Origin: the human T2T-CHM13v2.0 reference genome, Homo sapiens
NCBI RefSeq assembly: GCF_009914755.1
Contig: NC_060927.1
Strand: one strand, 5' to 3'
Length of the DNA stretch: 64,000 nt
Shown here: positions 26,658-40,321 of the stretch, piece after piece
How positions within the stretch are numbered: position 1 is the first letter of the stretch
Layout: the number at the start of each line of letters is the position of its first letter
The notes under the pieces: generated by a model
Database searches by the model: none
What the model saw: the letters and a program-made list of their open reading frames with translations, nothing else
What the model was told of the DNA's origin: nothing
Program-made: the position numbers and the translations under genes

Positions 26658-28597
26658 ATTTAAATATTATTATGTCCCTTCTAAATGGCCTAGACAACAT
26701 TTTCAAAGGTTTGCAAAAGACTGAGCTAGCAAGGAAGATAGGTACGTTCATCAGGGATTTAATCTGTAGTTCCCAACAGGAACACAAACAGTTCTTACAA
26801 AGGCTAGGCCGAGAAGGAAGGGTCTCAGCTGGAGAGCATCAACTTCTGTTTGTTGGAAGGTCAAGGAGAGGGATTCTTGGTGAATAGTTGATGGTGGGGG
26901 GGAGTACCCATTCCACAGTGGGATATCTTCCAAAGAGTGGGATTTGTAGAAGCCAAAGATTGAGGTGGGGAAGATTTCTCAATAAGGCATATCTCTGGAC
27001 TGAGAAGAGACTTATGTACTCATCATAAACTTGAATATAGCAGGAAATCAGCTAGAATTTAAAAATAATAAAAATGTAATAAAATTCTTTGTTTATATCT
27101 GCAAAATGAGTCTGAAGGCCTTCAGGTCTATAAAGCTGTCACTGAATTTAGTATCATTTTAACTTTATGAAGCACTTGATGTTTGCAAAGTGCCTGTACA
27201 ATTACCAATTACCATAATGTTCATCTTCTGAATATTTCAGATCAGAGAAGGCCTGAGGACTTTAGACTAAGAAAAGGGGGAAAAAAAGGAAAAAAAGTTG
27301 GCCAATCCAGTTAAATACCAGGCTTCTGAGCTTGTACTGCTAGAGTTGTTTACCATGTGGGGCACCTGCCTGGGGTACTCTGGGGACTTCTCTTCCTTCA
27401 GCACCCAGAGCCTGCAGTGCACACAGTCAGCCTTGGTCAGCCACCCCTCATGACTGACACCCACTCGCTGCTCTTGGGCATTCCAGGCATAATTCTGTGT
27501 CTACATGAACCAGTAGAAGGAACGGCAAAGGGCTTGGCACCTGTAACCCAAGGGCTAGTCCATAGCGAGGGATGTGGGAAGAAGTGTTTGCAGTTGCTGG
27601 GAAGGGGCAGTGAGGAAATAAAGCTGCTACAGTCTTTCCTGTTTGAGGTATTAAACACATGTTAAAGGATTAAGGAAAGATTTGCTTAGCAGCCTGCATG
27701 AGCTAGAAATCACTTCTGGCCATGTTTATAGGCGACAGGTCAGTGAAACCTAATACACTGGTAGATTTCAAGGAATTCCAAGGAAATGGCTTCAAGGGAT
27801 GTCAAAGGCAATGGTTTCAGGATGTGTCTGTTTCCTTTGGAAAAAGGTTAGCTCTCTGATGCTTCTTCCCCTACATTTAAAAGGCCACTGAAATACTAGA
27901 AGACAAGCTTAGAGACTGATCTGGCTTTTTAGCTAAAAAACATTCTAGTAGACTCTGGCCCTAACAATTACACCACTGGATAATTTTCAGTAGTGGAAAT
28001 TTAAGAATCAATATCTTAATGAAATGATACTTTTCTATATTAACTCATTTATATTGGGAACACACATTGAATGCTCTAAAATAGTTTTCAAAGTAGAATG
28101 AAACAATTTGTCTACATTTTTATCCACACAGAAAACTGGTGGGTATTTTGCAGGGCAGCTGTCCTGGATCATGGATTATTTTCAATTTATTCTTCTCCCT
28201 GTTAGATCAGCTTCCATACAGCCACCAGTTCTCTGCATTATAACAAACAGGACTCTGTGGCTCTGTGCTTAAAGTGCTGCATTGGTTTCCTGCTGTCAAT
28301 AAATAAAATCCATTTTCTTAACCGGGACACATGCGGTCCCTACACAATCTGTGCACATGATAATTCCCTGGTTTCACTTCCCACTAGTTGCCCTGAACTT
28401 TTCACCATTTTCTGAACACTCTGCACCCTGTTCAGGCCTGAGCTGTTTCCTTGCCACAAAGTCCTTCACACTCTCAACCCTGCTCCTTACAGATTCCTAC
28501 TCTTTTATCACCGACTTCCAAAGTCACTTCAGTGTGGCTTCCTGGCTTCTCCAAAGCTGTTTAGTTGGCTATACCCCTCTCTGGCTTCCATGGCACT

Positions 28598-28960
28598 TGC
28601 TGTGGTCTGAATGTTTGTGTCTCTCCAAATTCACACGTTGAAGCCTGACTCCCAAGGTGATCACATTAAGAGGTGGAGCTTTTGGGAGGTGATTAGGTAA
28701 TGCGAGTTCTGCCCTCATGAATGGGATTAGTGCCCTTATCAAAGAGGCCTAAGAGAGCTTGTTTACTTTCTTCCACCACATGAGGATAGAGCAAGAAAGT
28801 GAATTCTGTGATCAGGAAACGGGTCCTCACCAGACATGGACATTGCTGGGATCTTCATCCTGGACTTCCCAGCTTCCAGAACTGTGATAAATAAAATTCT
28901 ATTGTTTAGAAGCTACTAGTCTAATGTATTTTGTTATAGCAGCCTGAACAAACTAAAAAA
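28598..28960 (+). mobile_element. MaLR solo LTR (MLT1A-like)
   Basis: tgctgtggtctgaatgtttgtgtc...ccagaactgtgataaataaa...ttgttatagcagcctgaac; 5-bp TSD gcact/acact. Confidence 0.9.
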
Positions 28961-30692
28961 ACACTTTTTTGCTCAGGACTTTGTGATAGCTCTCAGCATT
29001 GGTGGCTGGTGCCACCAATCTACCTCATTAGGATGCTGGCATCTTAAGGGCAATCACCATTTCTTTCTTTATCTCTGTGGCTTAGGAGAAGGCAGAAGAC
29101 TTTTTTCCCCTTAGGGAAGAAGAATTAAAATTCAATTTAGTTAAAATAATTGAATAAAATATAATAGAATAATTATTTTTCTGGGGGAAGAAATATGAAA
29201 ACCAAACCCAAGCCTCACAGCAATAAGATCTGTGACAGAAAGGAAACTTTAAAGGCTACTTTAGCCTGTACCACATCACTCTACCTTTAGCCATCCAAGT
29301 AACCAAAAAAGTATAAAATATTAACAAGAGAGAATTCTGATTACACTAGGCACTGGGAATAAGGGTTTCACGCTTGACTTCAAAGGCTTATTCATTGTCC
29401 CTCCAGACCACCTGTTTTCTCTCTCCTGTAATTCTGTACTTTTCAGGTGGGTTATTCAGGCTCTCTCGCATCTATTCATGCCACACTCATCACAGGACCT
29501 TCCCCATGTTACTCCCTATTCTTGGAAAGCTCTTCCTCCCTTCTCATTATTTAATTTCATGTTACGAAATCGCTGTTCCTCCATGGACACTTTCTCACAT
29601 GACTGGAAGAATAGCATTTATTTCTTCAACAGGCTTTTCCTCTATTAACCACCAGCATAATAATCTCTTTGCCTGCTCTTTCTCATGAGTTGGTTTGACA
29701 TACATTGAGAATCATCACCATCTACCTTGTGAAGTGAACCTTAATTAGGGAAGAGACATGTCTGCCCAACACTCTGTGTGATGTCTATCATAGCTTCACA
29801 TGCAGACAAATGCTGGATAACTGCAGTCTGCGAGCTAGACCCAGGACTGTGTCTCACTGGCAGGTGGTAATATGTGAAGCTGGCAGCCATGGCCCATGCT
29901 GATAATGTGTCTCTGGTAGCTCATGAGCTTGTTGGCAGCCTGCAAATATCTTGGCTCCTACAATTGAAAAGGAGTGACCAAGTAATGATTAAAGAACATT
30001 TAAACATTATACTCTTTTTTCATGGGAAACAAATATTAAAACTAAATTCAATACTGGCAGCATTAAGGTAATACATATGTTTTTGTAAGTCCTATCATCT
30101 TTTCTTTCTCTTTCTCTTTTTTTCCTAATAAAATGATTCAGTACTGACCTAGAAATCTTCAGTATAACATCACACTGCTAATAACAAAACACCATGGCTT
30201 CACCTGAAAGGTGCAATTGAAAGATTTCCTTTATCACAGTAAGGTACAAGAGTAATAATTATCATCAAAGGCTTGTATTGCTTTCATTGTGGAAGAGAAA
30301 AATTGCTGCACTTCTCTATCAAGTCAAAATTGCTATCTGTAGTATAATTTCCAGAAAAATAACTGAGATGATGGACTATAAGTTAGAAAAGTCATAAGTG
30401 AAACAACTGCATGTGCAGAACAGAGGACACAAAAGAACAGCTTAACACCCAGCTCCATCCATTTACTCAAAATCAAAGAAGAAGAATTATGTCTGATTTA
30501 TAGCCCAAGTGAAACCTTTCCTTTATGGAAACTAAAGACTTTGAAATGGTATTAAAATACAGCTGTTGCAACTAAAAATTATTACAAGTATATAAAATAA
30601 TGGAAATTTTAGTCACTCAGATAATAAATGACAATATTATACACATTACATGATGCCTGTCTTTAAGACATGTGGCTATCAGTAGGTATAAA

Positions 30693-30860
30693 TAATAATA
30701 ATACATGTAATGAGCACTGTTCTAAGTGTTTTGTGTTAATTCATTTAATTATCAAAACAAAGCTATGAGGTAGGGACTTCCATTATCCCCATTTTTCAGA
30801 TGAGCGATGGAGACACAGAATGGTTAAATAACTTTCCTAAAATTACATAACTAGTAAGTA
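30693..30860 (-). mobile_element. MIR
   Basis: ctatgaggtagg...attatccccatttttcagatgag. Confidence 0.8.
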
Positions 30861-31870
30861 GATAGGCTATAATAGCAAATCAATAGCTTCTGGCCACAGA
30901 CCAAGACTTGCTTCCGTTTGATAAAAACCAACAGTGGAATGTCTGTGTGTTTCTTTATACCATAGATGTGTTCCTGAAAAGCTCTCCATAAATCAGAAGT
31001 TTAAAAACAGAACTGTATTGGAATGACAGCTCTGTGGGAATTTCTTTACAGGTGCATCGCAAGTGCCCAGGATGGTGCCTGGCATGTGGTAGACTTGATA
31101 AACGTGATAAGCGAGTGAATAAATTGATGAGGAAAGTCTAATGTGGTGCTTTGCACTGAGAAAATAATAAATGTATTGAATTTGATTTAAAGGAATTTAT
31201 TTTATCCACTCTACAAGGGGAGAAGTGACCTTCTGATTTCTTATTTGTGTAAATCTAGATCTTCATATCATTCGTTTAAAGTGAAGTTGAAATATGAAAG
31301 CATTTTCATTTAATAGAAATATTATTAAAACTTTTCCAGGGAAAAAAGCAAAACAAAGCAGAGATACCAAAGCTTATGTAGAATCCCAGGATCATTGTGC
31401 AAAAATCAGTTACCATCTTGGGATCCACAATATTTTATAATCATAGTGGGGAATCCATTGTGCCTAGGTAACAATTCATAAAGTCATACGTGTAGTCACT
31501 TGTCAGGTCTCCAGAAGAGTTTTATACCAACTACAGAATATTGCAGTGTATTTAGGCCATAGGGTCTTGAGAAAATTGCACTATTTAACTGTTTTAAATG
31601 TGTTGGTTCTGAGAGGCCAGTGAATCAGTTGCCATCAGTAGGAAGCTGTTTTAATAACTAGCCAACTTTACTGATGGATTCAGCCAAAACAGAGGATAGT
31701 ATGTATCATTCCTATTATGTGGAAGAAGAAATTATGGAAGATCCAAGTTGTTACCTGAACAAAAGACTGCACATGTTTCTAGATACTGTTAAAATTCCCC
31801 TGTGTTGATTCCTACCCAAAAGTCACAAGAACACAGGAGTCCAGGAAGAAGCTGATGTTTTCTCCCAGGA

Positions 31871-32154
31871 TTTTTTAAGAGATAGGATCTCACTTTGTTG
31901 CCCAAGCTGGAAGGCAGTGGCAAAATCATAGCTCATTGCAGCCTTGAACTCCTGGGCTCAAGTGATCCTCCTGCCTCAGCCTTCCTAGTTGGTAGGACTA
32001 CAGGTGCATGCTACCATGCTCAGTTAACTTTTTTTGTAGAGGTGGGGTCTTGCTATGTTGCCCAGGGTGGTCTCAAACTCTTGGGCTCAACTGATACTCC
32101 CGCTTCCACCCCCTAAGGTGCTGGGATTACAGGGTTAAGCCACTGAACCCAGCC
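31871..32154 (-). mobile_element. AluJ
   Basis: Two gaactcctgggctcaag-type arms; degenerate TSD tctcccagga/tctttcagga. Confidence 0.9.
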
Positions 32155-34539
32155 TCTTTCAGGAAGCTTTAATTCCACTTCACTTAGGTGCTAAGTCAAA
32201 GACTTTCTATGGGATTTGTCTACAGCAGCACCTGTAAGGATATGGATGACCAAAAGCCAACCTAAATACCCCAAAATAATAATAGTATTCTAGGTGTTAT
32301 TAACCAGGGGATGGGAGTGATGGCTGCATTGCAGCCCAATGCAAGCTGGGCTCCTCCCTACAGCCAGCTTCCCAGGAGAAGCAGTTATAATGCCATGTGC
32401 ATATTTATGTGCGGATGCCATTAGAGAATGTGTTTAGGGAGAGCCTTTAGGAAGCTGATTGCTTATGTTTACTTCAAATATTTTGAAATTTTGTTGCTTT
32501 CTGAAACTACTTGTGGAGTTATCTTTACATTTTGCAAGTGAGAGCTACCAATGATTTTAGTTTGTGGCTCTCCTGAAGAGTTCATCCCCCCATGAAATTC
32601 TGATGATGCCAATGTCTTCCTTTCCTATGCTAGGGACCACCTGTGATTTCAAAGGACTTCGCGACCATGAGGTACAAAGCAAGACTTTGTGAGGGTCAAC
32701 CATGCCTACCCTCAGTACCTAGTATATTGCCTCCACATAGTGGGTAATCAATAAAGTATCCATTGAACAAAAGATTACACATCCTTTGCTATCTCTCCTG
32801 CTTGCTACTGAAAGTAAAACATACCTCTCCTTTAGACAGGTGAGGCTTTTGCTGAACCACCAAAGAAGCTATCAGACTAAAACAACCAATTATACACTAG
32901 AAACACTTATGAAAATGGCATCACACTTATGTTAAAGCTACCAGAACTCACCAGATGGGCCACCTGAACTGGGGTCCTTGGATTGCTTAGGTGACACAGC
33001 CTGTTCTACTGTTGATTACGAATGCTGGCTCCAAGTCCATCAGTAACCTTGGATGTGCCTTTTTCCTCTCTTGGGCTCAGTTGCCTCATTTATAAAACTG
33101 GGATCACAGAACTAACACTCTTTGTTCCTGTGAGAGTTTTTTGTGAAGTAAACTCAAGTCAATCACAAGGCCACAGCGAACTACCCCAATAAATGATTCA
33201 TGGGTGTTTCAGCCAGTCAGGATAGGGAAAAACCGCAGTACAGGATCATCATTTAAAATGGAAATTGCTGTTCACAATATTCATACCTATGACTTAAAAT
33301 AAGCATGACTGTGTGGGATATAAAAAAATTCTGTCAAGTTTTAGGAGGGGAAGGTTTTTCTTTCCTTTTTTTTTTTTTTAGTTAAGACTAAAATGCCATT
33401 TCATTTAAATCTATTAAATACGTGGTTTCCAAGTATCATTTTGAATGCCCCTGATATTTATGTTTACATTTCCTGAAGTGGATTCCCAGTCTGCCTTAGC
33501 CTGTACAAGATGGGGTCTGGTACCTGCCACTTTCCTTGCCAGACTCTTAAGAATGGGAAATGCAAGCATTTTCAGCATCCACACATCCTGCTGTGGGCTT
33601 TTCATTTTGTTGGCAATACCTCAGTGCACTCTTCATTCCAACCAGTTATGGGAAGGAAATCTCCATCCACGTGGCTTTATGTAATTCTGTTACTGTGTCA
33701 ACTTGCCAATCCATTGTTCTTTGCACTTTCTTTACACTTATAAAATGTTGGCAACCATATAATAAGTCCTTATTTTCAGTTGATGTTGGCATACAGGAAG
33801 TGCTAAAAATGATGTTAGGCTGCCCTTTTTATTTTGGAAAGGTCATTCTTATCCTGTGTCATTCACATTTATGGGGCTAATTTATACACACGTTTAAGGG
33901 GAGAGATGGTAAATGAGAGAATGGAAAGAGACTCTAGAAAGGAGACAGTCAAGCAACATCATTAGTCACCTATGAATAAGGCAACATGAGATTCTCATAC
34001 CAGCTGTAACACTGCAAATCCATGCAAATAATTTTATCTGATGTCTTAAAATATGAATAAGGGGGCATCAATTTCTTCTTCTTACTTCCTCATTATGAGA
34101 GATTGCTAGTGAGGATGATAGGTGGCTTTACAATTTTGAGTTTGTTACTAATAAAATCAACATGATTGGTGAGATAAGACATATGTATTCAATGTCACTC
34201 AGACAGAGAATGGCTTCTAAGCCAGAGTCAGGCTTGAATGTGCCAGATCGTTGTACTAATAAAACCTAACAAAGGATGGACCAACCACAGGAAGGAGGTC
34301 AGCTCAAGCAATAGGGATTTAAGTCTGCTGTGAGTGGCTGTTCCTGTCTAGGGAGTGAGACACTCAGGCTGGCTGTCTACACAGGGTAGCCTGGATGAAA
34401 ACATTAATATTATCCACTCTGTCTTGCTCTGCTTTCAGACTCACTTAGCAGCCTTCTGATAATTAATTGGATTTTCCTGCTACATCAATGCCTGAAATGA
34501 AGGTGCCCTGGATAGAAAATATTGCTTGCTTGCTTAATT

Positions 34540-34990
34540 GATTCATTCATTCCTTCAACAAATATTTATTGAGTGTCCACTCCCTGCCAGGCATTGTTCT
34601 ATGCCCTGAGGACATACCAGGGAATGAAAACAGACCCAATTTCTGTCTATGGAAGGCACATATCCTGGTTGGAGGGAACTATTAAAACAAAGTCCATTCT
34701 GTGTCGGGTGGTGGTTAAGCGTTATGGTGAAAAAAATAAAGCAGGAAGGAGTGAGAGAGTTAGCTCCTTTTAGACATTTAGATATAGCGCCAGGGAGGTC
34801 TCACTGATGAGTTGAATGAAAGAGGTAAAGGAAGGAAGCAAGCAAATGCCTGAGAGAAGAGCCAGTGCAAGGGCCTGGGTGCAGAAGGGTGCTTGGGGTG
34901 CCTGAGGAAGGACAGGGTAGCTGGAGCAGAGTGAGCCGAGGGGAAAGAGTAGGATAGGAGGGGCTCTACGGACCAGACTGTGACTTGAGC
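34540..34990 (-). mobile_element. L2 3' end
   Basis: attcattcattccttcaacaaatatttattgagtg...tgccaggcattgttc. Confidence 0.85.
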
Positions 34991-35439
34991 CTTCTTATGG
35001 CTGAAGAGTATCTCCCCCTGCCCATACCTCCCACTCCACAATGGGGATATGGCAATTTAGGAATTTGGTGTCTGGTTTGTACTTCTGCCTCCTTTGAGCT
35101 TGGCTACAGTGAGTCCACCTCCTATTAGACTGAACCACTCCTGGTGTCTCTGAATATTTAACTTTCTGCCCCTAAAGAGTTGAGGATCTGATTCAGAAGT
35201 CGGGGATTCCTTCATGGTGGTGCTTTCTGTGTGACCAACAAAAACCTGTAACCTTGTTATCACACCGATATAGTACCAATAAATGTTCAAGATGTGAGCT
35301 CTGGACTGTATCATGTAAGGAGTCCTAATTATTCATTGTTTGAATGGTGACTTTGTGAACATACTGAGACATGAGGATTTACAGGTAGAGTAAGAGATAT
35401 CATGGACATAGGAATGTTAATAATCAAGTTTGTTTAGGT

Positions 35440-35650
35440 ATCTTGATGGACTTTAGGGTCAGACTAATCTGGGCTTGAATCATGAAATTGACACTTACTA
35501 GCTATGGAAACAAAGTTATTTAAGTTATCTGGGAATTTGTTTCCTCCACATCAAAGAGGGTGGTTGTAAGAATTAAATAAAACAAAAAGAGTAGTTAAAT
35601 GAAGAGAATTAAATGAAATAACATTCCTCCCTGCTCAGTAACATTAGTTC
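35440..35650 (+). mobile_element. MIR fragment
   Basis: ctgggcttgaatc...cacttactagctatg...ggttgtaagaattaaat. Confidence 0.6.
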
Positions 35651-36130
35651 CATTTCTCATCTCTGCATTTCTCAATTTCTTCTTTGTACTCCATAATTTG
35701 GAATTGCTGCCCACGTTGAATCATAATGAACCTTAATTAATCATCAGTTTTGGCATCATAGGCTTCTTTCCAACAGGGGAGCCGCTGTTGCAGCAGAGGC
35801 CAACCCAATCAGTAGTACACTTGTGTTGTTATATCTCTAGACCCTCCCAGCCTCCTACAGAGCTGGGGAGGTGGAATGAAGTAATAAATGTAAAGCACTG
35901 AACACAGTGCTTGGCATTATTCATCCTCATTGAATGTTAAGTTTTATAATTTTTATTCTGTAGTTTTTGGAAAACTTTTAGGGAAAGGTATGTATGTACT
36001 ACTTATGCTATGAAAAAGAAAAAACAAAACTATGTGAGTGACTGGTTTTATTGATAACAATGGTAAATTAAGAGGGGTTTTCTATCTTTGAGTCTGAATA
36101 TTAGGCATTAATTGAATATAAATTCAGTGA

Positions 36131-36537
36131 TGTGATTATTAGTTTTATGGGTCAATCTGGCTAGACTACTCAGTTATTCATTTAAACCTTAACTTAGGTG
36201 TCATTGTTGACATCTAAGGTATTTTGTAGATGTGGTTAATATCTGCGATTGACACTAAGCAAAGGAGTTTATCCTCAATACGGTGTGTGGGCCTCATGCA
36301 ATCAGTTGCATGGACTTAACAGCAAAACTTAGGCTTTTCTGAGGAAGAAAGAATTCTGCCTAAGGACTGCAGTATTAGCTCTTGCCTGAATTTCCAGACA
36401 GAGAGCCTGCTCTGCAAATTTTGGACTTGCCAGCCCCCACAACTGCATAAACCAATTCCTTGAAATAAATCTATATGTATATGATATGTAAAGTACTTCT
36501 GCTGATTCTATTTATTTGGAGAACCCTGACTGATATA
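36131..36537 (+). mobile_element. ERVL solo LTR (MLT2D-like)
   Basis: tgtgat...ttttatgggtcaatctggctag...gaaataaatc...ggagaaccctgactgatata. Confidence 0.85.
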
Positions 36538-38823
36538 GGTGTGTATGAAGTTATATATTCTTCTTTTTCTTTTGTCTAATTATTTGTGATACCTCATTTT
36601 CATGATGCAATTTTACTGAAATGAAACTAACAGCTCCAAACTACATAGCCAATTTCTTTCAGCCTTGTGACAATTTCTTTTTGGTCCAGGCCAGCAACCT
36701 GATCTCAGGATGAGGGGCTAATCTCTACACTGGTGGTGGCTGGCATAGCCTAACTTATGAAGTTCACAGGACACATTGCCTGGGTTCTGGGTGGACAATA
36801 GAATGAACATAAATGCCAAATGGATAATTTGCTCTAAAATAACAGATATATTAAGAGGCCACATAGTTGAAACTGTTTGCTTGCTACTCTCTAGGTATAA
36901 ATTCAGAGCATAGCTAAGATACAAAAACTTCATTGTCTAAGTCAATATATATTTGTGTAGTGACGGCAGCATAGCAATTTCTAGAATGAATGTGCAGGAG
37001 GATAAATTACCATGAGAAGAGATATGACTGAGAGTGTAAATCTGCTTTTATTTTTGCTAGTCTATCTATAATCATATGGAAATAAACCCCTGATGAAAGT
37101 GAGACAAAAACTATGACATCATCTGAATTTAGTGTCACTGCCTTAAGCTAAAAATTTTGATGGACTTCCACTTTTATTTTCTTGTCTTCAAGTTTTTTTT
37201 CACTTTATTCCTTTTCTTCATTGTAAAGCTTTCCTCATAGCATTGTCAGAATTTGAACAAAAACATCTTTTTATCTCATTTCTGATTTACCGTGTTCTTT
37301 CTGTACATCTCATTGTGTTTACTCTTTAGTCAAATTTTTATAATTTTGAACAAACTGAGTTATCAGATACTTATAAGCAATGGCAGGGGCAAATTCTGCT
37401 TCCAAAGAGAGATCAACCAGGAGCAAAAACCAGCAATAACTTTCTAAGAACGAGCTTCCCTTAGAGAGACCAGAAAGTCTTCATGTAGTTACTGAGATAC
37501 CAGAACCTTTAAGAAATAATTAATGGCCAAGATGGACTTCTCTCAAGATGGTGGTAACCTCCATTTGTCCATAAAACTGAAGACTGAGCAAGAAAGGATA
37601 TCTGGCTATAGATAACAGAGCTATGAAAAAACAAAACTCTAACCTCAAAAACCCTCTATCTTCCACATCACCATTTCATAATTCTTGGAATGCTCTACTT
37701 TTGCAAAATTGCTTTTTAATTGTCACATTGTTTTACTTTTGCTTATCTCTGCAATCTTCAATTGGTTTCTCTTCACTTCTCTCTTAATTTTTGCTTTCTA
37801 TTTTCCAGTCATTCCTCTAATTTGCTTTCCTTTCCTTCCTGCATTTCTCTTGCCTCCCCTCCCCTGTCCATTTTTACCTCTTTTTCTTCACCTATTCTTT
37901 GAATTTCCTTTCCCTATTCTTAATTCTTCCTCCTCTCCCACTGATCTGTTGTGGCTTTAATCATTTTTGCTTAGGCACTGAAAATCATCCACTGACTGAC
38001 ACTTTCTCACTGAAAGGAGAGGGATTTGTGACTGGAAAACTAGCTACAAAGACCCAACACATTCAATTTACAGTGCCGTTCTTTCCTTTCTTCCTTGGAG
38101 CTTTTGCCTGGGATTAGAGATGGATGGCTTACTGCAGCTCACAATGGCAAAACACTTCAGACCTGACTTAGCCCCACGAATCACATGGCAAGGTATATCT
38201 GAGCTACTATGTTTACAGTGATTGCTAGATTTTTAAAATTGCCCTTCACTGGAAAAAGCTTATTCAAGTCTGCCTGGAAAACAAAGCAGTGCTATTTTAT
38301 GATGAACTCTGATGAACTGGACTCATCTCCTTGGCCCATTTATTTTTGTTCCCTGTCCCCACCCCTTCATTTTTTACAGCATGAAACAAAAACACACAAA
38401 TGGGTTCCTGGGAGAAGGGTGCAGGAGCTTTGGCTGGGTTACCCTGGCCAGAGGCTGCTGAGACTGTTCATACAATGCCCTCAATCAAGCAGGCCTATTT
38501 GACCAGAAGTAAGAGCTTTACAAAGGGAGAACAGCAAAACAGCTTCTTCAGGACTATATGATTTTATCAACTGGCATTATTGTCAGGAAAACCTTAGATA
38601 AATTTGACTCTGAGAAGTTTCACTTTAGCTCTCTGAAACACTTAAGTATGGACTACCCTGCTTTTTATTTTATGAAATCATTCCTTTTTATAAGTTTGGC
38701 TGTGAATTCACTTTACCTTTTGGTGTTTCTTGAAGAGCAGGAGTGCACACTTCAATGATTAAGAGCTTAAAGTAATTCTCTGCCTGCAGCAGGATCTGTG
38801 AGATCGTTATTATCAAAGGATAC

Positions 38824-38903
38824 TTGTGGTCAAAGCTATACCACATTCTGAAGAGCCGAGCACTCTCTGCTTTCGTCATGTTTTTATCCAAGTTATTTGC
38901 TTC
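38824..38903 (-). CDS. SLC9A9: SLC9A9 coding exon (probably exon 14), 80 nt, EANNLDKNMTKAESARLFRMWYSFDH(K)
   Basis: Acceptor ctttttctattgtttctccccAG|GAAGCA; donor CACAA|GTATCCTTT; contains the FRMWYxFDH motif of the NHE6/7/9 family. Confidence 0.96.
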
Positions 38904-40321
38904 CTGGGGAGAAACAATAGAAAAAGGCATTGGGTAAATAGTCAAAAAGATTTTAATATAAAAATACATGTCAAACCAAGTTAAATTTAACTACATTTAA
39001 AAAAAACCTTTCTAAGTATAGGCATTTTCATCTAAATGGTGAAGCAGTTTCCAGGCAAATTAGCTCATAAATCTTGCTATGTGGATGAGACCCTTTTGGA
39101 GTATTTCAACATTTACTTTTCTTAATAATCCCAATTTTATTAAATAGCTAAGAAATGCTATTTTGACATCAATAAAAATGACATTTCTGCCATAGTGCTG
39201 TTGTGGGAATTTTACAGTTTATTTCTGTCAAATTTGGATGATATTTATTTATGGATTACCAAAAGGTCAAGGCTAAAGTGAGGATAATAGTCTAATAAGT
39301 GTTATGCTATATTTTATTCATTTTGTTTGATAGATTATTACCAAAGGCTATTGGTTGATTTTTGATATATTTCTGCCTAGATTATGAAGAGTTTTGAAAT
39401 AGATATTCCTGATAAGAAGATTGCAACAATTGAATGTGCTTGTCTACCTCTTTTTTTCTTTCCCACAAGGGCCATAAAGGGTGAGAGGATGATAAGGAAT
39501 TAAAGACAAAAGAGGAAGAGAAAGTGTTTGATGGGTGTTTTTGTGAGAGAAGAGGATGAAATGTGAAAAAAAAAAAGGAAAGAAAGTGAATTTTTTTTTG
39601 TGAGCTTTAGAGACAGATAATAAAATGTAAGGAGGGTATCCAGTGGCGTTTTTACTGTATTCCATTTTGTGTGTTAAGGGAATTTCAATCAGTTGTAATT
39701 ATCCTTATCATTAAAAGCATTTATATCTCTTAATGTGGGCTTTGTTGCTATGTCTGGACCCCCAGTTTTCATGCCCAAGTTGTGTCATGAGTTGCAGTCT
39801 GGTAGTAATATGAATAGTCTTCTGAGGATGTAATGACCCACGGAAGACAATGAAAGTCTACTGGATGCTCCACAGCCAGCCCTTAGATGAGCTCATATTG
39901 ATTTGCTTTTATTTTTTTTGTCCTTTTCTAGCCAGTTCCATCATTGGTTAATGATAAATAGCTGGACACAAAAGGCTGTGTTCTACCCATGAAACGTATG
40001 TGTACCAGTAGATGCTTCCGTTCTATCCCCCGCAAATGAAATGGAACTACAAGAAAGCAAAGTGTGCTTCACTTTTAGTCAGCCATTTATCCTTTGTTTA
40101 AAATGGCTGAAGCAGAGACTCACAATGAAATTAAAACCCAAACTTTTGTCTTTTTCATTGATTGTCTTAAGATCTCTGATTTTTCAAGTCTTGCATTTTT
40201 CCAAACAGTGTCCCCTAGAGAATCACTGTTCATTTGATGTTGATGGAAATTCTGTGCTAATCATTCAGGAAAGGATGGGGTCTACAGTGTTAAATAGGTT
40301 TCTTAAATGGAGGACTTCTCA

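Noticed and set aside
27354-27540. Possible minus-strand exon (ttacAG|GTGCC ... ATG|GTAAAC)
   Set aside because: Poor pyrimidine tract, weak donor, no NHE9-like peptide in any frame
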